Part shown: positions 35,475 to 43,649 of the stretch, one piece after another
Position numbering within the stretch: position 1 is the stretch's first letter
How the letters are laid out: each line of letters opens with the position of its first letter
NCBI GenBank assembly: GCA_963709215.1
Contig: CAVPVO010000004.1
Location: 220,101-284,100, forward strand
Length of the DNA: 64,000 nucleotides
Direction: 5' to 3'
Origin: Terriglobia bacterium
GTDB taxonomy: Bacteria > Acidobacteriota > Terriglobia > Bryobacterales > Bryobacteraceae
The notes under the pieces: model-generated
The model's database searches: none
Told to the model about the DNA's origin: nothing
What the model saw: the letters and a program-made list of their open reading frames with translations, nothing else
Position numbers and translations under genes: made by a program

Positions 35475-36394
35475 CGCAGGAATGTGGGGTCGCTGTTCGA
35501 TCCGTGGATACGCACGTGGCACAACGTGCAGCGCTGGTATTTCGGGTCAAGAAGATTGTGGCCGGGGTCGAGTTTGAAAACGCCGACGTTCTCGCGGCCG
35601 AACGTGCCCGCGCCGTTGTGACATTCGAGGCACATCGTGAACACGACCGGACGCCGCATGAGCTTGGCGTTCATCGATCCGTGCGGAACATGGCACGCCT
35701 CGCAGCCTTCCACGCGCACGCTGGCGTGTTCGAAGACGAAGGGGCCGCGCTTGTCGACATGGCATTTGAGGCACGGCTCTTCGTTGTCGAACGCCGGCTG
35801 CAGCATGGCGGAACTTCCGCCCATGCGGTTGGTCATGGCGGAGGAACCGTGTGGATTGTGGCAGTCGCTGCATTTCACGACGCCTTCATTCACACGGTGC
35901 TTCGAGGGCATCTCAAACGCCGCGCGCTCGGCGGTGTGGCAGGAATAGCAAAGTTCCGTCTGACTTTTCGCGAGCAGAAATTTCGGAGTGGCCGGTTTGT
36001 GTATCGAATGGCAATTGGTGCAGACGACGTCGGCTTCGGTGTGCGGCGAGCGCCGGATGTTTGATTTCGAAATGTCCCGTGAATGGCAACCGAGACACGT
36101 ATCGAGCGTTTCGGCGGGCGTCAATGTCGAGAACGCCCGGATGGTGGCTTTGCCGCCGTGCGCCGCAACGTGATTACCACCGGGGCCGTGACATCCCTCG
36201 CATCCGGTGGCTGCAGGAGCCTCTTTGCCCGAAGCTACCGACTTGAAGTGCGGGTTTTTATAAAAGTTCAGCCAGACGTCGGCGTGACATGTCTTGCAAG
36301 CCTCGCTGCCGACGAATTGAGCGGGTTCCGCCGGGATCGCACGCGCCGCAAAAAGCAACGGTACAACCAGCAGCGCCGTCCATCTCAATCTCAT
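35471..36394 (-). CDS. periplasmic decaheme c-type cytochrome, MtrA/DmsE/PioA-like
   Basis: 307 aa with a signal peptide and exactly ten CxxCH motifs: CKTCH, CEGCH, CLGCH, CTNCH, CYSCH, CSDCH, CLKCH, CEACH, CLECH, CTLCH. Confidence 0.85.
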   Translation of the reverse strand: MRLRWTALLVVPLLFAARAIPAEPAQFVGSEACKTCHADVWLNFYKNPHFKSVASGKEAPAATGCEGCHGPGGNHVAAHGGKATIRAFSTLTPAETLDTCLGCHSRDISKSNIRRSPHTEADVVCTNCHSIHKPATPKFLLAKSQTELCYSCHTAERAAFEMPSKHRVNEGVVKCSDCHNPHGSSAMTNRMGGSSAMLQPAFDNEEPCLKCHVDKRGPFVFEHASVRVEGCEACHVPHGSMNAKLMRRPVVFTMCLECHNGAGTFGRENVGVFKLDPGHNLLDPKYQRCTLCHVRIHGSNSDPTFLR

Positions 36395-36477
36395 GCCTGC
36401 CCCATGTTAGGCAGAGCTGGAAAACGGGGTTGTAATGAAGATGTGAAAGTATTGTCCGCAAACGCAGAGTGCGGTGA

Positions 36478-36500
36478 GTTGTAAAAGTGTTGTAAATTCG
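36478..36500 (+). promoter_or_regulatory. 11-bp-phased direct repeat GTTGTAAA-N3-GTTGTAAA(TTCG) in the divergent cytochrome / response-regulator intergenic region
   Basis: GTTGTAAAAGTGTTGTAAATTCG lies 58-79 nt upstream of ATG 36557. A third, related TTGTAAT is at 36430-36436. Confidence 0.45.
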
Positions 36501-36556
36501 CCGCCCGGCGACGATCGTCAGCGCGTTGCGGCGCATCTATTTAAGTTAAAATCGCC

Positions 36557-37237
36557 ATGCAAGTGCAAACGATCCTTGTAATCGATGACGACGAGAATCT
36601 CCGCGACACCATCGGGGTGTTGCTGGAACGCGAAGGTTTCCGGGCGATCCTCGCAGCAAATGGCAAGACCGGATTGGATCAGGCCATCCTCGGAAAACCC
36701 GCGCTGATTCTCGCAGACCTTCGCCTGCCCGATCTGAGCGGCGTGGAGATCTGCAAGCGCCTGCGCAGTTCCGGCATTCAGACGCCGATCATCGTGCTGA
36801 GCGCAGTCGGAGAGGAGATCGATAAGGTTCTGCTGCTTGAAATGGGCGCGGACGATTACGTGGTGAAGCCGTTCGGTACACGCGAACTGCTGGCGCGCAT
36901 TCGGGCGGTGCTGCGGCGTGCGCCAAGTGAACACGAGAAGGTCATTTCGTTCGCGGACACGCAGGTCGATATCGAACGGCGCGTCGTTATTCGGAAGGGA
37001 CAGGAGGTCAAGTTCACGCCTGCCGAATATAATTTGCTCACTTTCTTCCTGCAGAATCCGGACCGGCCGTTATCGCGCGACATCATACTGAACTCGGTCT
37101 GGGGCTATGAATCGTTTCCGAACACGCGCACGGTCGATGCCCACGTGGTGCGGCTGCGCCAGAAGCTGGAAGCCGATCCGGAGTGTCCGCGGCATTTCCT
37201 GACGCTTCACAAGGTCGGTTATCGATTCCTTCCCTGA
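36557..37237 (+). CDS. OmpR/PhoB-family response regulator (receiver + winged-helix)
   Basis: MQVQTILVIDDDENL..LILADLRLPDLSG..ADDYVVKPF. C-terminal ..FTPAEYNLLTFFLQNP..VDAHVVRLRQKLE..LHKVGYRF. Confidence 0.9.
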   Translation: MQVQTILVIDDDENLRDTIGVLLEREGFRAILAANGKTGLDQAILGKPALILADLRLPDLSGVEICKRLRSSGIQTPIIVLSAVGEEIDKVLLLEMGADDYVVKPFGTRELLARIRAVLRRAPSEHEKVISFADTQVDIERRVVIRKGQEVKFTPAEYNLLTFFLQNPDRPLSRDIILNSVWGYESFPNTRTVDAHVVRLRQKLEADPECPRHFLTLHKVGYRFLP

Positions 37238-37248
37238 AGACGGCGTCC

Positions 37249-37638
37249 ATGTCGAGGCTGGTACTCATCGTCGAAGACAGCGAAGCCTGTGCGGAGACGC
37301 TGCAGATTGCGCTGGAGCTGATACCCGGAGTCGAGGTGCGCAGCATTCACAGTTCCGTTGCGGCCATCAATTTTCTAAACGGCCGCGACAACGAGATCGC
37401 CGCCATCGTTACCGATCTGAATCTGCCGCGAAACGGCGGATCGCCGGGCGATGGCCTCGATCTGATCCGGCAGATTCGCGCCGAGCCGCGATTTGCCCGG
37501 CTTCCGATTGTCCTGATCAGCGGCGACAGCGACCCGCGGCTAAGTGAACGCGCGCTCGCCCAGGGAGCGGATGCGTTCTTTCCCAAACCTTATTCGCCGG
37601 CGGCCGTGCGCAGGAAACTGGAGCAACTCCTATGCTGA
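37249..37638 (+). CDS. single-domain CheY-like response regulator
   Basis: MSRLVLIVEDSEAC..AAIVTDLNLP..PIVLISGD..GADAFFPKPY. Confidence 0.85.
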   Translation: MSRLVLIVEDSEACAETLQIALELIPGVEVRSIHSSVAAINFLNGRDNEIAAIVTDLNLPRNGGSPGDGLDLIRQIRAEPRFARLPIVLISGDSDPRLSERALAQGADAFFPKPYSPAAVRRKLEQLLC

Positions 37639-38981
37639 CGAAATCGCTGGTAGTGTGTCTGGTGCTGTTGGCCGTAACAGGCCGGGCGTTCCCGCAGAAC
37701 GTCGATCTGCAGAAGATCATGGAACGTCTGGACAAACTGGAAGGCGAAAATCTGAAGCTGCTCGATGAAGTGCGCCAACTGCGCAGTGAACTTAAGGCGG
37801 CACGGCCGGCTGATGCAGCCGAGTCTCCGGGATCCCCGGGCCTGGCGCCTGACAGCGAGCGTGTATCAGTGCTGGAAACGAAGACCGCGGATCTCGATCA
37901 GTCGAAGGTATCGGCATCGCAGCGGTTCCCGATCTCGCTTACCGGCATGCTTCTGTTCAACGCATTTATGAACGGCCGCAACAGCGGAGGTGCAGAGTAT
38001 CCGGTGGTCGCCGGTGCTCCGTCTGCTTCAACCGACGGAGCCACCCTGCGACAGACAATCATCGGCCTCAGGTTCAGCGGGCCCGACCTTCCGGGTGGCG
38101 GCAAAGCCAGCGGATCGATCTACATGGATTTCTTCGGAGGCACGTCCGCGCCTTACAACAACCTGTTTCGCATCCGCACGGCCACGCTGGATCTGAACTG
38201 GAAGAACACGACTCTGACCGTCGGTCAGGACAAGCCGCTTATTTCGCCGCGCGAGCCGACTTCGTTCGCGCAGGTCGGTATTTCGCCGCTGACAGGAGCG
38301 GGAAACCTGTGGGACTGGAATCCGCAGGTGCGCATTGAGCAGCGATTTTCCTTCGGCGAGAACACGGGGCTGAAAGCACAGGCGGGAGTCTACGAGACGA
38401 CCGAAGACTACGGCTCTGCGCTTCCGGCTGAATACTCAAATACGCTCGAGCATTCGCGCCCGGCTTACCAGGGACGGTTCGAATTCTTCCATGGCGACGA
38501 TCACCGGCGGTTCGAAATTGCGCCGGGATTCAGTCTCAGCGCCACGCGTGTGGCCGGTCAGTCGGTATCGTCGCGGATCGCGTCGATAGACTGGCTGATC
38601 CGGCCAATGCCGCTCATCGAGTTCTCGGGCGAAGCATTCAACGGACAGGATGTCGGAGGCTTCGGTGCGTTACTCGGTTTTGACATTCTGTATTCCGGCG
38701 GGGTCATCCCCATTCACAGCCACGGCGAATGGGGGCAGATCGCCTTGTTCCCTGCGTCCCGGCTGTCCGCTCATATCTATGCAGGAGAGCAGTCGAATCG
38801 CGCGTCCGATATTGCGCCCTACAGCGTGCGGCGTAATTTCACGTATGCCGGAAACATCATGTACAAGCTCGCGCCGAACGTGATTGCCGCGCTCGAAGCG
38901 GCACAGACGCGGACGCAGTATCTGGGTTCCCTGCTCCGCCTGAACAACCACTATGATCTGGCGCTCGCTTATCTGTTTTAG
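37632..38981 (+). CDS. outer-membrane beta-barrel (porin-like) protein with N-terminal coiled coil
   Basis: Signal peptide, then coiled coil LQKIMERLDKLEGENLKLLDEVRQLRSEL, then beta-strand-like sequence ending ..DLALAYLF. Confidence 0.6.
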   Translation: MLTKSLVVCLVLLAVTGRAFPQNVDLQKIMERLDKLEGENLKLLDEVRQLRSELKAARPADAAESPGSPGLAPDSERVSVLETKTADLDQSKVSASQRFPISLTGMLLFNAFMNGRNSGGAEYPVVAGAPSASTDGATLRQTIIGLRFSGPDLPGGGKASGSIYMDFFGGTSAPYNNLFRIRTATLDLNWKNTTLTVGQDKPLISPREPTSFAQVGISPLTGAGNLWDWNPQVRIEQRFSFGENTGLKAQAGVYETTEDYGSALPAEYSNTLEHSRPAYQGRFEFFHGDDHRRFEIAPGFSLSATRVAGQSVSSRIASIDWLIRPMPLIEFSGEAFNGQDVGGFGALLGFDILYSGGVIPIHSHGEWGQIALFPASRLSAHIYAGEQSNRASDIAPYSVRRNFTYAGNIMYKLAPNVIAALEAAQTRTQYLGSLLRLNNHYDLALAYLF

Positions 38982-39672
38982 TCTGGCCGCCCTGCCTGCG
39001 TGCTGCGCCGCGATATCCGGTATGGTCGTGCTGCGCGACTCGCATGTGGATGCGGTGAGCCGCCGAAAGGATTTCTCAGGCGTCGTGATTTACGCGCAGC
39101 GGGTCGGCGCACCACAGCCAACGGAGCAGGCGTCCCGCGCCACACCTCACGCAATCATGCTGCAAAAAGGTAAGACGTTCACGCCGCATATCCTGCCGGT
39201 CGAGGTCGGAAGCATCGTAGATTTTCCCAATGCCGACCCGATTTTCCATAACGCGTTCTCCAGTTACAACGGACAGATATTCGATGTCGGCCTCTATCCG
39301 CCCGGCACGTCACGCTCGGTGCACATGACACGGCCCGGAGTTCTGCGGGTATTCTGCAACATCCATCCCACAATGAGCGCGATTATTCTGGTGTTGAATA
39401 CGCCATACTTCACGAAGACGGCCATGAACGGGTCCTTCGATCTGAACGTTCCGCCCGGCGAATACGATCTTAGTGTCTTTCACGAGAGGGCCACAGAGCA
39501 GGAACTGTCGGGTCTGGAGCGGCGCGTGATTGTTCCGGAAAGCGGTCTGCAGGTGCCCTCGATTACGGTCTCTGAGGCCGGCTATCTCGTAGCGCCGCAC
39601 AAAAACAAATACGGGCATGACTATCCGCCTGCGCATGACGACCAGGTGTTTTATCCGGGGGTGAGGAACTAG
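38953..39672 (+). CDS. periplasmic cupredoxin-like protein with C-terminal CarboxypepD_reg-like domain
   Basis: FTPHILPVEVGSIVDFPNADPIFHNAFS..FDVGLYPPGTSRSV..PGVLRVFCNIHPTMSAIILV gives an H...C-x2-H-x2-M ligand-like pattern. This is followed by NGSFDLNVPPGEYDLSVFHE. Confidence 0.5.
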   Translation: MIWRSLICFSLAALPACCAAISGMVVLRDSHVDAVSRRKDFSGVVIYAQRVGAPQPTEQASRATPHAIMLQKGKTFTPHILPVEVGSIVDFPNADPIFHNAFSSYNGQIFDVGLYPPGTSRSVHMTRPGVLRVFCNIHPTMSAIILVLNTPYFTKTAMNGSFDLNVPPGEYDLSVFHERATEQELSGLERRVIVPESGLQVPSITVSEAGYLVAPHKNKYGHDYPPAHDDQVFYPGVRN

Positions 39673-39673
39673 C

Positions 39674-41410
39674 TTGAGCCAGCCTCCCGCACGACCACCG
39701 TCACTGCTGTGGAAGATCCTGTTGTCCACTTCCGTCGCCATCACCGTTCTGCTCGCGCTGGCGGGCTGGTTCGCGCAGGATCAGACGCGTTCCGTTCTGC
39801 TCCGCAACATGCGAAGCGAACTGCAGACCAGTTTCGGCGCGTACGAATCGCTCTGGCAATCGCGCGCGGCGACGCTACGGTCGGTCAGCCGGGTGCTGAG
39901 CGGGATGCCGGATGTGCGGGCGGCATTTCAGACCAACGATCGCGCCACGATCAAAGACACCGCGGCGGAAGTGTGGAAGAGGGCGTCGCAGTCCAACGCC
40001 CTGTTTCTGGTGACCGACCCCCGCGGCGAAGTGATCGCGTCGCTCGGCGGCGGCGAGGTACTGGGTAATCACATCGATGCTGTGCTCGCGGCGGCATCTC
40101 GTTTCCCGGCCCAGACGGATGGTTATGCGCTGGAGAACGGGCGGCTGTACGAACTCGTGGTAACACCGGTATACGTCGAGACCGGACACGGTTCAGGACT
40201 GTTGAATGTGCTGGTAGCGGGCTTTCCGATCGATGAAATGGTGGCGCGCGATCTGAAGAAGCAGACGGCGGGCAGCGATTTCCTGTTCCTCGCAAATGGC
40301 GGCGCGGTCGCATCCACGCTGCCCCCGGCGCAGAGCGCGCAACTCGCGGCAAGGTATCGCCGGGATCCGAACCTGCAGCGCATCGATTTATCTGATGGCG
40401 AGTTTGCCGTGCTGGGAAGCACCCTGCGGGACATCGAGGGCGCGCCGCTGGCCGATCTGCTCACCGTTCACACATTCGACTCCATTCGGCGCGAACTCGA
40501 CTCCCTGCTGCGGAGACTGGTGCTGGTATGGGCCGCGGCGATTCTGACGGGTCTGGCGCTGAGCGGCTTTCTCGCCTACCGGTTCCTCAAACCGATTCGT
40601 CAGCTGGATGAGGCGGCCGCCATGATTGCGCGACAGGAGTACGGTACGCGCGTTCCCGAAAGCGGCAGCGGCGAGCTGGCACGGCTGGCGCGCACTTTTA
40701 ACGATATGTGCCGTTCCATTCAGCAGGCGCGCGAAGAGCTGATCCGGCAGGAACGGATCACCACCATCGGCCGCCTGTCGACCTCGATCGTGCACGATCT
40801 GCGGAATCCGCTGGCATCGATTTACGGCGGTGCGGAGATGATGATGGACGGCCATCTCAGCGAGGCCCAGATGCACCGCGTCGCCACGAACGTCTATCGT
40901 TCCTCGCACGCCATCAATGAACTGCTGCAGGAACTGGTCGATGTGTCGCGCGGCCGTACGCGCACGCCGGAGATGTGCCGGCTGAGCGAGGTGATTGCGG
41001 CGGCTTCCGACACGCAGGCGGCTCCGGCGGAGCAGCGCGGCGTGAAGATTGAATCCGACGTCGACCCCTCGATCGAGCTGCCGCTGGAGCGCACGCGCAT
41101 CGAACGGGTGTTTCTGAATCTCATCGGCAATGCACTGGAGGCGATGCCGAACGGAGGCAGCGTCGAGATTCGCGCGGAGCGAACCGGCGACTCCGTGCTG
41201 GTGAAGGTGGACGACACCGGACCCGGTATTCCGCCGTCTGTGCGCAAAGAGCTGTTTCAGCCGTTCGTTTCCGACGGGAAGAACGGCATGGGGCTGGGAC
41301 TCGCGCTTTCCCGCCAGACGCTGCTCGATCATGGGGGCGATCTCTGGGCGGAAGACACGGAATCGTCGGGTGCGCGGTTTCGGCTTCGCCTGCCCTGCCA
41401 GCCTGCGTAG
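39674..41410 (+). CDS. sensor histidine kinase (periplasmic sensor domain, HAMP, HisKA, HATPase_c)
   Basis: TTG start. Two TM helices flank a ~260 aa periplasmic domain. HAMP block FLKPIRQLDEAAAMIA..ELARLARTFNDM. H-box STSIVHDLRNPLASI. N/G boxes LNLIGNALEAM, DDTGPGIP, GLGLALS. Confidence 0.9.
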   Translation: MSQPPARPPSLLWKILLSTSVAITVLLALAGWFAQDQTRSVLLRNMRSELQTSFGAYESLWQSRAATLRSVSRVLSGMPDVRAAFQTNDRATIKDTAAEVWKRASQSNALFLVTDPRGEVIASLGGGEVLGNHIDAVLAAASRFPAQTDGYALENGRLYELVVTPVYVETGHGSGLLNVLVAGFPIDEMVARDLKKQTAGSDFLFLANGGAVASTLPPAQSAQLAARYRRDPNLQRIDLSDGEFAVLGSTLRDIEGAPLADLLTVHTFDSIRRELDSLLRRLVLVWAAAILTGLALSGFLAYRFLKPIRQLDEAAAMIARQEYGTRVPESGSGELARLARTFNDMCRSIQQAREELIRQERITTIGRLSTSIVHDLRNPLASIYGGAEMMMDGHLSEAQMHRVATNVYRSSHAINELLQELVDVSRGRTRTPEMCRLSEVIAAASDTQAAPAEQRGVKIESDVDPSIELPLERTRIERVFLNLIGNALEAMPNGGSVEIRAERTGDSVLVKVDDTGPGIPPSVRKELFQPFVSDGKNGMGLGLALSRQTLLDHGGDLWAEDTESSGARFRLRLPCQPA

Positions 41411-41464
41411 TGTGGGCGGATTTTGATCAGCCTCGGTCCGTCCGTGGTTAAAATGTTTCCAGCC

Positions 41465-43402
41465 ATGCGAATCAGGTTGATCCTCGCGGTTGCGCTGGTT
41501 GCAGCCCCCGCCAGCCGCGCTCAGACCTCCGCCGCCGACTGGCCCATGTTTAACCGCGACCTCGCGGGTACACGCTACTCCCCGCTGACGCAGATCGACA
41601 CCACCAACGTGGCAAAACTCGCAAAGGTCTGGAATTACGCATTTGAACGCCCGGGCAAACCAATCAAAGGCGACAGCCCGAGCGAACTCTACCAGGAAAT
41701 CACGCCCATCGTCGTGAATGGCGTCATGTACCTGCCGTCGGGCGACCGTATCGTCGCGCTCGAGCCGGAAAGCGGCAAAGAAATCTGGACCTATGAACTG
41801 CAGAGCGGCCTCGCGTCCTTTCGGGGCGTTGCGTATTGGCCCGGCGACAAGAGCAATCCGCCGCGCATCATCTTCACTACCTCGCGCAAAATGATGGCGC
41901 TGAATGCGGGCACCGGCAAGGTCGATCCGGGATTCGGCAACGAAGGCGAAGTGCCCCTCACCGTCCCCTATGATGGCGCGCCCACTATCTATAAGAACGT
42001 CCTGCTCGTCGGTACCAACTTCTATGGACCCGGCGAGCGCCACATCGGTCCGCAGCTCGAACAGGCGGGCGGGCAGATTCCCGACTCGCACGGCTACGAC
42101 GTCCGCACGGGCAAGGAGATCTGGACTTTCCACACCTTCCCGCATCCGGGCGAGGTGGGCAACGACACGTGGGCAAAAGACAGCTGGAAGAACCGCACCG
42201 GCAACAACGTCTGGGCCTTCGCGCTCACGGTAGATGAGGAACATGGCATTGTCTACGAACCGGTCAGCGGGCCCGGCGCGAACTTCTACGGCGGCGATCG
42301 CCCGGGCGCGAATCTGTTCGGCAACACGCTCGTGGCGCTCGATGTGATGACCGGCAAGCTCAAGTGGTACTTCCAGGTGGTGCGCCACGAGCTGTGGGAT
42401 TACAACCTGCCTCCCGCGCCGGGCCTCATCGACATCAAACGCAATGGAAAAAAAATCCAGGCGCTCGCTCAGGTGGGCAAGTCGGGGTACATGTTCATCC
42501 TCGACCGCGTCACCGGTAAGCCGGTGTTTGACGTCAAAGAAACTCCCGTAGATAAAAGCAATGTTCCGGGCGAGGCCAGTTATCCGACGCAGCCGATTCC
42601 GGTGAAGCCACCGCCTATCGCACGCGTGAGTTTCACCCGCGACGATATCGTCACCGCGAACGACACCACGCCGGAACATGCGCAGGCGTGTCAGGAGCTT
42701 TACGACAAATTCGGCGGGCTTTATAACAACGGTCCGTTCACCACACTGCGCTATCACGCAAAAGGCGCGCAGACGCAGCCATCGATCATCTTTCCCGGTC
42801 TGACAGGCGGCGCCAACTGGGGCGGGACTGCGACCGATCCGAAGCTCGGCTACATCTTCGTCAACACGAAAGACGCGCCGCTTACGGGCTGGATGGAGGA
42901 TAACCCGCGCTATACGCCGAACAATCCCGACGGCCTGATGCCTTACATCCGAACCGGTCCGCCGGGTCTTGGTTTCTTCGGCGTGGTGGCGCACGATGCC
43001 GGGGGACGCACGTTGGGAAACTGGCCCTGTTTCAAACCACCATGGGGACGGCTGATGGCGGTCGACGCCGCCACCGGGGACTTCGCCTGGCAGGTGCCGC
43101 TCGGCATTACCGATACTCTGCCTGAGGGCAAGCGCAACACCGGCGCATCGAACAGCGCGGGTCCGATTGCGACGGCGGGAGGCCTGGTCTTCATCGGTTC
43201 GACCAGCGACAATCGCTTCCGCGCTTTCAATTCGAGAACCGGCGCGGAGCTGTGGACGTATAAGCTCGACTACACGGCGACGGCGGTGCCGATGACGTAT
43301 CAGGGGAAGAACGGCAGGCAATACGTGGCGATCGTGGCAGCCACCGGCGGTGGGCGCGGCGCGACGACGGAGAAAGGGCTGTTCGTTTTCGCGCTGCCGT
43401 AA
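41465..43402 (+). CDS. PQQ-dependent dehydrogenase (quinoprotein beta-propeller)
   Basis: Signal MRIRLILAVALVAAPASRAQ, then ADWPMFNRDLAGTRYSPLTQI..VAKL..VW, followed by repeated propeller W-motifs. About 645 aa. Confidence 0.75.
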   Translation: MRIRLILAVALVAAPASRAQTSAADWPMFNRDLAGTRYSPLTQIDTTNVAKLAKVWNYAFERPGKPIKGDSPSELYQEITPIVVNGVMYLPSGDRIVALEPESGKEIWTYELQSGLASFRGVAYWPGDKSNPPRIIFTTSRKMMALNAGTGKVDPGFGNEGEVPLTVPYDGAPTIYKNVLLVGTNFYGPGERHIGPQLEQAGGQIPDSHGYDVRTGKEIWTFHTFPHPGEVGNDTWAKDSWKNRTGNNVWAFALTVDEEHGIVYEPVSGPGANFYGGDRPGANLFGNTLVALDVMTGKLKWYFQVVRHELWDYNLPPAPGLIDIKRNGKKIQALAQVGKSGYMFILDRVTGKPVFDVKETPVDKSNVPGEASYPTQPIPVKPPPIARVSFTRDDIVTANDTTPEHAQACQELYDKFGGLYNNGPFTTLRYHAKGAQTQPSIIFPGLTGGANWGGTATDPKLGYIFVNTKDAPLTGWMEDNPRYTPNNPDGLMPYIRTGPPGLGFFGVVAHDAGGRTLGNWPCFKPPWGRLMAVDAATGDFAWQVPLGITDTLPEGKRNTGASNSAGPIATAGGLVFIGSTSDNRFRAFNSRTGAELWTYKLDYTATAVPMTYQGKNGRQYVAIVAATGGGRGATTEKGLFVFALP

Positions 43403-43649
43403 GGCTATCCAGCCCGGCGGTTTTCAGCGGCCAGCTCAATCGCTACCGGCTCTGCGCCTTCGATTACCACCACAACCGGGACCGACGGCATCGGCCACAG
43501 TTAACGGCATGCAGGTCAGCGCGGGCATGAGCTTGCGGCTGAGGGGCTGGAGCCGGCACCGAAGCGATTCGCAACGCCAGCGGCAGCGCGATTTGGCAAA
43601 TCGCGCGCGGGATGGCATCCCGCCCCACAAGCCCGATATAATCACCCCC

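Noticed and set aside
40388-43321. 977-aa minus-strand ORF spanning the histidine kinase and PQQ dehydrogenase genes
   Set aside because: It is antisense to two plus-strand genes with clear domain signatures. Its translation is Arg/Gly/Pro/Ala-rich and low-complexity with no recognisable motif, which is typical of a GC-driven shadow ORF.
43350-43649. 100-codon N-terminal extension of the ankyrin protein ORF, and likewise 41423..41464 for the PQQ dehydrogenase
   Set aside because: The extensions are Arg-rich. The internal Met is followed by a canonical signal peptide (MRKALVCATLALAAIALLAQ; MRIRLILAVALVAAPASRAQ).
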